Source: a virus
Lineage: Duplodnaviria > Caudoviricetes
Virus record (IMG/VR): IMGVR_UViG_3300032260_000020
Span: 1-28,637 of that record
DNA length: 28,637 bases
Strand: one strand, 5' to 3'
The translations under genes and the position numbers were made by a program. Positions 18,530 to 27,402 of the stretch are shown piece by piece. Under the pieces are notes generated by a model. That model was not told the DNA's origin and searched no databases. It saw only the letters and a list, made by a program, of their open reading frames with translations. How positions within the stretch are numbered: the stretch's first letter is position 1; the number at the start of each line of letters is the position of its first letter.

Positions 18530-19020
18530 TAGTCAGTAATTGCTGATATTGCCAAAGGTGGAGCATAGCGTGAGCTGCGCAGCAAATACAACACTGAACC
18601 AACCGCATTAGCCATGCTTGCTACGTCAATCCGTACACAGTCAAAACCATTTGAAACATCAAGGTCTGCTGCTTGGATCTCAATAACATAGATCAGGTTT
18701 TTTGCGTCCGTCGTGTCAGTCGTAAAAGTATTGCTGGTCACAGCAGTTTCTACAAGCGTGTCGCTTGCCGCTGCGTCTTCGTTTGCCCACATTTTAGTAA
18801 AAGCCAAAGCCTTTTCACCGGTCCCATCAACAAGCGTTGCCTGTTTCAAGGTTACCGCGCCACCTGTAACTGTGGTTGCGTTATCAACCGCGATTAAAAA
18901 CGCTACACGGTCAAAGTTTTTGAGACTGATATAATCGCCGTCGCCCGCCGTTGTTGCAAGCGCTGCGGGTGGACAGCCCATAACTACCTTATCTGAATCT
19001 AGTAATCTTAAAGATTGCAT
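18529..19020 (-). CDS. Capsid decoration / cement protein (163 aa)
   Basis: Immediately after the capsid gene; beta-rich; DYISLKNFD...NGFDCVRI; AAGGA RBS. Confidence 0.65.
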   Translation of the reverse strand: MQSLRLLDSDKVVMGCPPAALATTAGDGDYISLKNFDRVAFLIAVDNATTVTGGAVTLKQATLVDGTGEKALAFTKMWANEDAAASDTLVETAVTSNTFTTDTTDAKNLIYVIEIQAADLDVSNGFDCVRIDVASMANAVGSVLYLLRSSRYAPPLAISAITD

Positions 19021-19063
19021 TTTGAATATTCCTTATAAAACAATGAATTATAAACCGACCGGA

Positions 19064-20941
19064 TTACGCGCGGGTTGCCAATGTTACAAAGTGGCTGCGG
19101 GTAACACTTGAGTTTGGCGGGGTAACTGGTGCTTCTAGGATAGGCTGTGCATCAAGTCTAAAACGCAGCTTGAATGCTACTAAATCCTGGTCAAACCAAA
19201 GATCCATTGATTGGCTAAGCTGCATCCCGCCTGACTTAGTAATCGCCCGGAATCCGCCAAAGTTAACCAGCACCAAATCGCCAACAGTGCCCAATGTCTG
19301 ACAGGCTTCAGTTTCGATAATAGGACGGCCAAGCAGCAAACCATTTGGCGCGGTCTGGAATCCCTGGGTAGGTGCAGTCCAGATTGGTTGGTCGCCAAGC
19401 GTCATTGTGTACAACTGGTTAAGTACGTCAGGATTGGCAAGCCAAGCAACGTTGCCTGGACCTTTTAACAAACGGCCAAGCATCTTAGCCACGTTTGCTG
19501 CTGTAACAGTAGCCGCTGTTTGGCTGGTAGTCTTTGCCTGAGATACAGTGCTTGGAGCATTCATAATACCCAAAGGCATACCAGCGCCGTTACCGTTCAT
19601 GATTGAGTCTTGCACCTTCCAATCAATGGCGGTTCCCATATCGCGCGGTACTTCTACGCTCATTGCGCTGGAATCTTCTAGCAATTCTTCAGTAACAGGT
19701 ACTAAAGCGGTCAGCTTGTGCAAGTCAAGTTGTGACTTTTTGTAAATTGGCTTGCTTTGCGTAAATTCGCTGGCTTCACCTTCCCAGTATGCTTGAACGC
19801 CCGTTGAACCCCAAGGCGTAGCTTCTGACTTAGGATAAGTCATTGAATTACCATCAATTGGAGTCGGCGAAATCAGACTTAGCAGACTGGTTTCCTCAAG
19901 TGCGATTCTTGCAATTTCGGTTGAGAATTCAGGCGGGATACTAAAGCCATTATCTGTTCCGGTTGCAATACTTGCCCAGGTGGATGCAGCAGCGCGAATG
20001 TGATCATGTTCTGGATATTCACGATTAATAGCCGCGCCACGTGTGAATTTTGCGAAGTCTCCAAAACTTTTAAAGCCGCATTTAGGATCTTTATCTGCGT
20101 TTTCTTCAACTTTAGCACCATCAAATGCTTTAGCTGTTGGTTCCGCTACTGGCTTTTTTTCCGCTTCACGGAGTTTACCTAACAAATCATTTTGAAACTT
20201 CTGAACGCTATCACCATCAGCAATTGCTTTCATTGCCAGATCTGCGCCGCCTGGATGGTCTTTACCGATTGTCATAATATCAGAAACACGCTTACGCTCA
20301 GCAGTTGCCGCGCGTTGTGCTGCTTCTTCACCGGCTTTCCGGATTTGATCTGTGTTATCTACTTCTTTGATTTCTTCTTTCATTTTTGGTTGCTCCTGAA
20401 AATTAATTGTTTCTATTGACGCGCTGCGCCCTATTCCCACCGAACTGTCAAGCGGTACGCTTACCAATGATACTTCCATCGGCTCCCAATTTGTGACGCG
20501 TACAACGTCAAGCCCGTCTATTCTTTGCTGATCCAAAATAGAATCATGCACCCGATACCCTACGCTTACATTCCTAACGATACCATCTTGCACTTTTTGA
20601 AATATTTCCTCATCAGCGGCGCTTTTTCCAAAACGCACAATTACCCGTCCCTTCCGGTCCGAATCAATGCTAACTGCCTCAATGATTCCAATTTGTGATT
20701 TGATGCTATTGTCATGGTCAATTAACAAGGGCGCTCCATTTTCAAAACGTCCTAGATTTACTGAACCTTCAGAATGGTCCAACACCTCAAAAAAACTATC
20801 ACCAAAAAAAGAATGGCGCAACGCCGGTTCCTCACTTGAAAATGATAATTCAACGGTTCTTGCTTCTACGTTAATAGTCTTTTCATCAAACTGTACCGCC
20901 CGCTTTGCGTTTGTCCCTGGCTTAATGCATTTAATCGTCAT
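19064..20941 (-). CDS. Fused prohead protease (S78/U35) - scaffold - HK97-fold major capsid protein
   Basis: Protease motifs PLLIDHD, NVSVGY, EVSLVSVP; capsid motifs GFSIPPEF, WEGEASE, KLTALVPVTEELLEDS, LLGRPI. Start probably ATG 20941 (GAGG RBS) rather than 20956. Confidence 0.93.
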   Translation of the reverse strand: MTIKCIKPGTNAKRAVQFDEKTINVEARTVELSFSSEEPALRHSFFGDSFFEVLDHSEGSVNLGRFENGAPLLIDHDNSIKSQIGIIEAVSIDSDRKGRVIVRFGKSAADEEIFQKVQDGIVRNVSVGYRVHDSILDQQRIDGLDVVRVTNWEPMEVSLVSVPLDSSVGIGRSASIETINFQEQPKMKEEIKEVDNTDQIRKAGEEAAQRAATAERKRVSDIMTIGKDHPGGADLAMKAIADGDSVQKFQNDLLGKLREAEKKPVAEPTAKAFDGAKVEENADKDPKCGFKSFGDFAKFTRGAAINREYPEHDHIRAAASTWASIATGTDNGFSIPPEFSTEIARIALEETSLLSLISPTPIDGNSMTYPKSEATPWGSTGVQAYWEGEASEFTQSKPIYKKSQLDLHKLTALVPVTEELLEDSSAMSVEVPRDMGTAIDWKVQDSIMNGNGAGMPLGIMNAPSTVSQAKTTSQTAATVTAANVAKMLGRLLKGPGNVAWLANPDVLNQLYTMTLGDQPIWTAPTQGFQTAPNGLLLGRPIIETEACQTLGTVGDLVLVNFGGFRAITKSGGMQLSQSMDLWFDQDLVAFKLRFRLDAQPILEAPVTPPNSSVTRSHFVTLATRA

Positions 20942-22394
20942 CGTCTTTAACCTCATTTTCTGCCTGCTGTTCTTGCGGCACGTTAACTACTTCCAGCCCG
21001 TTATTAAAAGTTAATCCTTTGCTTTCTGCTAATTCCTTGAATTTTTTGATATCTTCTAACACTTCTTCCGCATCCATGCCCTGTTGTGCAAGAATCGCTG
21101 AAGGTGAACCCATGAGGGATTCAACGGATAATTTATTAGCCTGTGTATCTTTTAACGGGTCTACCCATTGCCAGCGCCGCCCTTGAAATTCATGTCTACT
21201 GAACTGTTCGCGCTTCGCTGCGGGTAGTGGCTTGCCATTTGAACCTACAATAGCTTGCTTTAAAAGCGCATTAGTTAGCCAGTTGTTAAAGATCCGCACT
21301 AAGCCGCAATCAATAAACCAACCCTGTAACACCTTCCATTGTTCCCGGTCTTCAAGCGTTCCCGCCCGGATACTAGAAAAATTAACGCCTTCAAGGTCAT
21401 TTGCCAACGAATGGTAAGAAACATCAACGCCGCTTGATATATCCCGCTTGGCAGTCTTTACAAATGAATCATACATTTGATGCGGGTAATCTGGATCAAA
21501 TGATTTAAAGTCGGTTCCTTCAGGCATCACCCCGAATTGTCCCGCGCTGGCTTCAGTGAATAATTCGCCCGTGTCTGGGTCTTCGCCGTCCGCCTGTTGT
21601 GTGCCGTCGCCGTCTGGCGTGGTAAAGAATCCCATTTTTGACGCACCAACCGCGCTTGCTATAATGGCCCATTCCTGATACTTCTTCAGGTGAAACATTT
21701 TAATCATAGCAGCGTGCATCCAGGGAAAACCCCTGATCTGTTCTGGATCTTCTGGTATAAACATGTGAATAATCTGCGCCGCGGGTATGGCCACATGATT
21801 ACCTTCGGCACCTTTCTTTTTCAGAAAATAGTTTACCGGTCTGTTTGCGCCGTCAATCTCCACGCCCATAATGATTTCATTAATGTTTGTGTTTGGCGGT
21901 CTATTAAACTGCGTGTCCAATCGGTTAACATCAAGGAATTCAAGCTGATACCCATATTTTCCTACGCCTACATGCTCCCTTATAAGTATTTCACCGGTCT
22001 TTGCAGCGCATTTAATGGCCATACGTTCGCCCATTGCCCGCGATAACTTGCCGGTTATGTCATAATTTCCGCATTTTCCCCAGTCTTTAAACGCTGCTTC
22101 TATCGCTTTTATGGCTTCTTTATCCGGTTCTTCGTTGTTAATTAAGACTTTAGACTGAAAAGTAACAGCCGTTGAACCGATAACATTAGCCGCGCACAGC
22201 GATAAAAACCGCTTGGCGCTTGTGTCGTTCTTTGCCAACCCTTCGGACCTGGCCCGCAAGCCGTCAAGATCCCCTTTTAATTCTTCGTTGATACTTTTTG
22301 ACACACGCGCCCATGAAGCAGTAACTTTCGTTATCTTTGCCGCTTCAAAACTGCGCCGCTTACTTCTGAATAGTTTTTTAATGTTTTCAAACAT
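20931..22394 (-). CDS. Portal protein, lambda family
   Basis: LRARSEGLAKND, IIMGVEIDGANRPVNY, QIRGFPW, DLEGVNFSSIRAG, WQWVDPLKD. Confidence 0.95.
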   Translation of the reverse strand: MFENIKKLFRSKRRSFEAAKITKVTASWARVSKSINEELKGDLDGLRARSEGLAKNDTSAKRFLSLCAANVIGSTAVTFQSKVLINNEEPDKEAIKAIEAAFKDWGKCGNYDITGKLSRAMGERMAIKCAAKTGEILIREHVGVGKYGYQLEFLDVNRLDTQFNRPPNTNINEIIMGVEIDGANRPVNYFLKKKGAEGNHVAIPAAQIIHMFIPEDPEQIRGFPWMHAAMIKMFHLKKYQEWAIIASAVGASKMGFFTTPDGDGTQQADGEDPDTGELFTEASAGQFGVMPEGTDFKSFDPDYPHQMYDSFVKTAKRDISSGVDVSYHSLANDLEGVNFSSIRAGTLEDREQWKVLQGWFIDCGLVRIFNNWLTNALLKQAIVGSNGKPLPAAKREQFSRHEFQGRRWQWVDPLKDTQANKLSVESLMGSPSAILAQQGMDAEEVLEDIKKFKELAESKGLTFNNGLEVVNVPQEQQAENEVKDDDD

Positions 22395-22955
22395 TTAGAT
22401 TATTATGCTAATTTTGTTTTTCGGCTTGCCGCCTAGCAATACTGCTACCTCATTGTTTTCTGCTGCAACTTCCCGCTTCAAAACGTCCCTGAAGTCTGTA
22501 AACTCCTTGAAGTTTCTGAAGGAAATAGCTTTGTTATCAATGGTGTATGATTGTGTCCATGCCTTTGAACCCATTGTAACTAGGGCGTCATCCATTGCAT
22601 CAAGTGCTTTTTTCGCCTTTGAACGGGTATCTGTTCCGCTTTTCTGTACCGCATAACCCGGCAATACTTGCGTATCACGCTGAAATATCGTTACCCGGTC
22701 TACACCGATAAGCGCACACGCGATAAAAATCACCTTACCCAAAGGAAAAGTGGCTGTTGTCGATGGTGCAAGTGATATGGAATAGTTGCTTCCGGAAGGG
22801 GTTGCAGTGAATTCAACGGTTTTATCTGGTCCTACAATGCTATATGATAGGCTCCAGCCGTCAACTATAGGATAGTCGGAATAACTTACCAACCATTGGT
22901 ACGAATCCCCTGCACGAAAGAATACAGGTTCTTTTGTCAAGATTTCTAAGGCCAT
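22395..22955 (-). CDS. Head completion protein, gpW-like C-terminus with extra N-terminal domain (186 aa)
   Basis: Between terL and portal; C-terminal ALDAMDDAL...QSYTIDNKAISF...LKREVAAE helix-hairpin-helix pattern. Confidence 0.75.
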   Translation of the reverse strand: MALEILTKEPVFFRAGDSYQWLVSYSDYPIVDGWSLSYSIVGPDKTVEFTATPSGSNYSISLAPSTTATFPLGKVIFIACALIGVDRVTIFQRDTQVLPGYAVQKSGTDTRSKAKKALDAMDDALVTMGSKAWTQSYTIDNKAISFRNFKEFTDFRDVLKREVAAENNEVAVLLGGKPKNKISIII

Positions 22956-22972
22956 ACTGTAAGTATATCAAA

Positions 22973-24835
22973 CTACAAGGAAAATTTGCTATTGTCCTTG
23001 CGGCGCTTGATTTTTCTTACGTTCTTTTCTGGTTCTGCGTTCTGGTCGTAGACTTTTGGCTTTCTGTTCTGCCATTGGCGCTCAGTTAATTTATGCAGGC
23101 CCAGGTAATAAGCCGCTGCAAATCCATAAACCATCAGGTCTAAGGCTTCGTTTCTGTCGCCGTCTTTCAATCCCCATGATGACACCTTGCGCCCACGATA
23201 TACACGCGTTGTTCTGTATTCTGCTGTGAGTTGTTTATAATAATCTTCTTCAAGATCCGCGCTGAAGTGGATAACTCCCCGCCCTTTTGTCTTTGAAAGC
23301 CTGGACATTATCAAATCTTTTGCGGTATCGGTTCCAAGCATCCAGATAGACAAACCTTTTTTTACATATTTTCCTGCCGCATTCACATCTACTTTAGTTT
23401 TTTTGCTCAATATCGGCTTGCTTGGCGTGTTCTCCCCTTTGATCGCGTAGATATGTCTAAACTGTTTCCCACGGCAAAAATCATAAATATCTTGCGTAAA
23501 GTGTCCACCGGAATCAATAAATGCAGCGGATACCGCCACAATCGCCCCTGATTCATGCGTGTACTTCGTTTTCAATACTTCGTCCAGCTTGTTGCGCGTG
23601 TCCATGTCGCCAGGTGAGCCAAAAATTACCCGGTAATCTATTACCCAGCACTCCATACCGACACCCCAAGCCACCGCTTTGTACTCAAACCTATCGTCTT
23701 GCGTGTCCACGGACGCCGTTACAACGTACCCGCCCGATGGTATGGTGTTCAACTTGTAGTCTTCTGCGCGTCGTTGTAGCGCTATTGCGCTGGTTTGTTC
23801 CTTTTTACGTTCCCAGCATCTTGCTAAGCGCGTGTTATAGAATACAATCATCCCTGTTTCGTCGCCTGCGTCCAGCTTTTCAACAGCTTGGTTGTATTCT
23901 TCTTTTAGTTCTGCCCATGAAGTCCAGCCGTATGGTAGAAACATCGCCGACGCCGTGAAGGAATACGTATCCCCTTCTTGGATCGGTTCAGACCATAGCC
24001 CATTCTTGAATAATTTGGGCTTGTCGGGTTCGTCATGCAGCCCGCCGCATTCAGTGCATGGATACTTGGAATCGTCCGTGAGCTGTTCAAAGATAAGATC
24101 TTGCGCTGCGCCGCAATGGATGCATTCCGCAAGTGCGTGCTGTTGCGTGCCAATTTTATATAACTCATTGATTTTACTTTCACCTTCGATTGTAGGCGAT
24201 GAATAATAATAGGCTTTCTTGTTGTGCTTGAAGGTAGTTTGTCGTGCTTCAGCCAGTTTTATGGGGTCGCCTTCGTTGTTAACGTTAGCTTCTGCCCTGT
24301 CTACTTCATCAAAAGCTACACGTCTGGCCGGAACTTCAGACAAATTAGCGCTGGCGCCAGCCGTTGCAATAAATAAAGCCCCGCCTATGTATTCCTTTGT
24401 GTCTAAATTGTTCTGTTGTTCCCGGCTTTTTGGCTTGGCTACCCGTTCCCGCAACACGTCTACCGCGTCTATCGTCTTGTCAATACGTGCCGCTATGCGC
24501 TTGTGTAGCTTGCCGGTAGGCATAAGCCATAGAAAATTACTTGGCGATTGGTGAACGCTGGCTGCAAACCAGTTTAATGCTATCTGCGTTTTAAACATCT
24601 GTGACGCTACCTGGCACACTACCCGCTTGCATGGGTGACTATCTGACAGTGCAAGCATGATTGCCCTGGCGTGTGGCGTCCTGTTGGTTCTGTACTTCCC
24701 GTACTCATTAGAACCGGACGATTTAGGAATGATCATAAATTCATCACTCCACTTGTCCACTGTCATACTGGGATCCGGTTCTAGCGCTTCACTTATGACA
24801 TTGACTAAAAAATTACAGTCTTGATGTAATCGCAT
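22973..24835 (-). CDS. terL: Terminase large subunit, lambda gpA family
   Basis: ASQMFKT (Walker A variant), VAFDEVD (Walker B), SSPT, CxxC...CxxC zinc motif, ASVDTQDDR, FIDSGG, RNEALD. Confidence 0.96.
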   Translation of the reverse strand: MRLHQDCNFLVNVISEALEPDPSMTVDKWSDEFMIIPKSSGSNEYGKYRTNRTPHARAIMLALSDSHPCKRVVCQVASQMFKTQIALNWFAASVHQSPSNFLWLMPTGKLHKRIAARIDKTIDAVDVLRERVAKPKSREQQNNLDTKEYIGGALFIATAGASANLSEVPARRVAFDEVDRAEANVNNEGDPIKLAEARQTTFKHNKKAYYYSSPTIEGESKINELYKIGTQQHALAECIHCGAAQDLIFEQLTDDSKYPCTECGGLHDEPDKPKLFKNGLWSEPIQEGDTYSFTASAMFLPYGWTSWAELKEEYNQAVEKLDAGDETGMIVFYNTRLARCWERKKEQTSAIALQRRAEDYKLNTIPSGGYVVTASVDTQDDRFEYKAVAWGVGMECWVIDYRVIFGSPGDMDTRNKLDEVLKTKYTHESGAIVAVSAAFIDSGGHFTQDIYDFCRGKQFRHIYAIKGENTPSKPILSKKTKVDVNAAGKYVKKGLSIWMLGTDTAKDLIMSRLSKTKGRGVIHFSADLEEDYYKQLTAEYRTTRVYRGRKVSSWGLKDGDRNEALDLMVYGFAAAYYLGLHKLTERQWQNRKPKVYDQNAEPEKNVRKIKRRKDNSKFSL

Positions 24836-25108
24836 TTACAATTCTACCGCCCCGGTAGTGTCCCTATGCCCCAGCACCGCCAAAGTAAGAATACCGCGCG
24901 GCCCTGCCCTTGTTACTGTTGTAATTGTCCCGCCAGTCTTAACGCCTGTTCTGGTCTGATTGTCCGCTTCCTGCAATTCCAAATCTTGATAAACAACATA
25001 CTTATCATTCCAAGGTACGTTAATAGTCTTAACGCCTGTTCTTTTGTCTTTATCGCGCAGAAGATTTGCGTAAACTGTACGCTCTGTATTAACTTTCAAT
25101 GCTTTCAT
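24836..25108 (-). CDS. Hypothetical protein (about 90 aa) inserted between terS and terL
   Basis: Likely start ATG 25108 (ATGA overlap, GGAAGGG upstream); stop abuts the terL start; internal RTGVKT duplication. Confidence 0.6.
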   Translation of the reverse strand: MKALKVNTERTVYANLLRDKDKRTGVKTINVPWNDKYVVYQDLELQEADNQTRTGVKTGGTITTVTRAGPRGILTLAVLGHRDTTGAVEL

Positions 25109-25293
25109 ATTTCTACCCCTTCCCGATCCAATAATGGAGTTGTCCATCTGATGAACCCTTCTATACCGGTTTCTACTTCTTCCATGTTTATATCGTCCGG
25201 GTTTCCAGTGTAAGGCATAAAAACAGCGTCCCTTTCTTCCCCGAATTCATCTTTGTACTTATACCCGCGCTTGTAATTGTGTACATTGTTCAT
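25105..25293 (-). CDS. Hypothetical protein (62 aa) inserted between terS and terL
   Basis: GGAG RBS, starts 3 nt after the terS stop, coupled to the next ORF. Confidence 0.6.
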   Translation of the reverse strand: MNNVHNYKRGYKYKDEFGEERDAVFMPYTGNPDDINMEEVETGIEGFIRWTTPLLDREGVEI

Positions 25294-25296
25294 AAT

Positions 25297-25809
25297 TTAC
25301 TCCAGATCTAGATTAGCCTTCTTCACTTCATCTGCTACCGATTGTAGAACATGCCGCAATTCATCATCAATTAATTTAATGCATTCTTCTGGTTCAGTGC
25401 ATGTTGCTACTTCACCCGATAGCCTGCGCGGCACGACTGAAAGCGAATCACGCAAACTTCTGAATACTTCGTGTACCGTTCGACGGACCGCTTCTTTTGA
25501 TACCAGGGAATCTTTCAATTCCTGTTGCTTGATTTCCGAAATGTTTGCTTCGGATGTTTCCCGCCTGGTACGCGCTGCCCAGTAATCAGGATCGGATGCA
25601 GAATTTTTCCGTTCTATTTTTGGTTCCGGGTTTTTTTCTGAAGCCTCCACCCGTTTTGCCAGCGGCACATAATCCCGGCTTACCAGATCATAGTCGACCA
25701 TCTTAAATTTGTTCAAGACGAATACGCCAGCCTTTACCTTACGCCCAAAGAACTGCTTTGATACGCCCAGTCTACGTGCTGCTTCAGATTGTGATACCCA
25801 GTCAACCAT
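25297..25809 (-). CDS. terS: Terminase small subunit (Nu1-like)
   Basis: N-terminal HTH VSQSEAARRLGVSKQ; YWAARTRRE...LVSKEAV...LRDSLSVVPRRL; start probably ATG 25809. Confidence 0.88.
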   Translation of the reverse strand: MVDWVSQSEAARRLGVSKQFFGRKVKAGVFVLNKFKMVDYDLVSRDYVPLAKRVEASEKNPEPKIERKNSASDPDYWAARTRRETSEANISEIKQQELKDSLVSKEAVRRTVHEVFRSLRDSLSVVPRRLSGEVATCTEPEECIKLIDDELRHVLQSVADEVKKANLDLE

Positions 25810-26050
25810 GCCTTGTGTTCCATTCTTTAAGGACAATATCTAAAACTTTTTTTTCTACTTCATCCGTAAACTTATGTTCTACATTGTCATACTGTAACCG
25901 CTCATGGATATCAAGATAATCGCTTTTTTGTCTTGACATTGAAACGCAACAGTCTATTTCTATACATGCCCCTTCTGTGGATAGCTCCGGATCTTCCCCG
26001 CAAAAAGGACATGGTTTAAGTTCTATGTTATCTTTGTTTTCAGTTGTCAT
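25802..26050 (-). CDS. Lar (restriction alleviation)-like zinc-finger protein (about 82 aa)
   Basis: ELKPCPFCG...WNTR signature; start taken as ATG 26050 because the longer ORF begins inside cos. Confidence 0.75.
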   Translation of the reverse strand: MTTENKDNIELKPCPFCGEDPELSTEGACIEIDCCVSMSRQKSDYLDIHERLQYDNVEHKFTDEVEKKVLDIVLKEWNTRHG

Positions 26051-26065
26051 TTTAGTATGCTTTTT

Positions 26066-26109
26066 CGCGTCGCTTCGCCCCCGCATTTCTCAAGGACTTG
26101 GAAGGACCC
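26066..26109 (-). other. Lambda-type cos packaging site (cosQ plus cosN)
   Basis: GGGTCCT (identical to lambda cosQ) at 26109-26103, then TGCG-GGGGCGAAGCGA-CGCG resembling lambda TACG-GGGCGGCGACCT-CGCG; upstream of terS with a gpA-type terminase. Confidence 0.8.
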
Positions 26110-26113
26110 GAAC

Positions 26114-26134
26114 TTTTCAAAAAGTTTTTGAAAA
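26114..26134. repeat. Perfect 10-bp inverted repeat TTTTCAAAAA-G-TTTTTGAAAA next to cosQ
   Basis: Read directly from the sequence. Confidence 0.85.
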
Positions 26135-26191
26135 AGTTTCAATCGTCCGGCCAATCATCGCTAACTTTATTTTGTTCGTTCATGTCTTTCC

Positions 26192-26848
26192 TTAATGGAA
26201 TGGCACACCCTCCCGGTCTACATCACCCGGACCTGGTTCTACCGTGTGTGCTTCGTCTATCTCCCACCCGCAGTATGGACAATACTTGAAGCCGTTATCT
26301 TCTATTGTTCCTTCATCCAGAAAGAATCTATTATTGCATTCAGTGCTATATACCTGTGGTTCTTCTTCGTCATCACATCCCCAGATACAACTATGATGCG
26401 GCATTAGTTCTTCTTCACTTGCTTCAGCGTATATGCGCTCAACTTCCTGTCTGGCTAACGCTCCTTTGTCTGGGTCTTGTTTGCTTAAGATTTCCATTCC
26501 TTGACCCATTGTTGGATCGCCCCCCTTCTTTACCAATGCATCAAGGATTTCGTGTAGGTCTGCCATTGCTGCTTGTGTCTTCATGTACATATTATGCTTA
26601 GCTATTGCTATTAGTTCTTCTTCATCATCATCAGCCTGAAGTTTTGCATGTGCTTCTAATTCCTTTTCAACTAATACTGCTTTGTTTGGATCTTTAGAAC
26701 GTAGCGCTTCTAATGCAGCCGTGCTTGACGCGTTGCCTGTTATTCTCACCTGTTCACACAGTATCTGATCGTAATCAATCATAGCTATTTTTGTTTCACG
26801 ATCCATGTTTTTGTTTACGCTTAATGTAAGTTCATCATTCATAATCAT
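26192..26848 (-). CDS. Hypothetical protein with duplicated helical unit and C-terminal zinc ribbon (218 aa)
   Basis: Internal repeat LRSKDPNKA..EEEL / LSKQDPDKG..EEEL; C...C...FKYCPYCG. Confidence 0.75.
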   Translation of the reverse strand: MIMNDELTLSVNKNMDRETKIAMIDYDQILCEQVRITGNASSTAALEALRSKDPNKAVLVEKELEAHAKLQADDDEEELIAIAKHNMYMKTQAAMADLHEILDALVKKGGDPTMGQGMEILSKQDPDKGALARQEVERIYAEASEEELMPHHSCIWGCDDEEEPQVYSTECNNRFFLDEGTIEDNGFKYCPYCGWEIDEAHTVEPGPGDVDREGVPFH

Positions 26849-27064
26849 TCACTTTTCAATTGTCAAATCAGGTACGGTTATCAAATCATATTGGTATTCA
26901 ATATGTCCCTTTAGTTGGTCTACTGTTAGCCCATGCTTTTCTGCTGCAAACGTGAACGCGTATGGCACATGCGTACCTTGCTCTATTAGCTCATCAAAAT
27001 CATGTAGTGCCATGCGTATCTTGGTAGCTGTTACGTTGTCCATGCTGCGCCCTTCACTGGTCAT
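26849..27064 (-). CDS. Small hypothetical protein, paralogue of the adjacent ORF C-terminus
   Basis: ATGA overlap with the upstream ORF; AAEKHGLTVDQLKGHIEY resembles AAAEYNLPAEDLEQHIDY. Confidence 0.7.
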   Translation of the reverse strand: MTSEGRSMDNVTATKIRMALHDFDELIEQGTHVPYAFTFAAEKHGLTVDQLKGHIEYQYDLITVPDLTIEK

Positions 27065-27402
27065 AGCGTCGTCACTTCGTTTAGTCTTTGCTTGGTGTAG
27101 TAATCTATGTGCTGTTCCAAGTCTTCAGCAGGTAGGTTATATTCTGCTGCTGCTGTATCCAATGCCCTTGCATAGCAAAACCCTGCCCCTGTCAATTGAT
27201 TGACACGATTCATAGCTGCATCTAGTTCTGCCTTGTATGTCTCCACCTTTCTTATTTCGGTCATTTCGTCCACCTCATTATATATGTTGTATGAATCATC
27301 CAGTACCAGCATATCATTACTGTATTCATGCGTGTGTACTGTTCCCACATTCCAATCGCCTGTGCGCTTCTTTCTGCCTAACAGGTCTTTAATGTCGATC
27401 AT
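27061..27402 (-). CDS. Hypothetical protein (113 aa)
   Basis: TAATG overlap with the upstream ORF; coupled on both sides. Confidence 0.72.
   Translation of the reverse strand: MIDIKDLLGRKKRTGDWNVGTVHTHEYSNDMLVLDDSYNIYNEVDEMTEIRKVETYKAELDAAMNRVNQLTGAGFCYARALDTAAAEYNLPAEDLEQHIDYYTKQRLNEVTTL

Noticed and set aside
19021-19063. Terminator after the capsid gene
   Set aside because: Only a weak AT-rich TTATAA pairing; no GC stem with a U tract.
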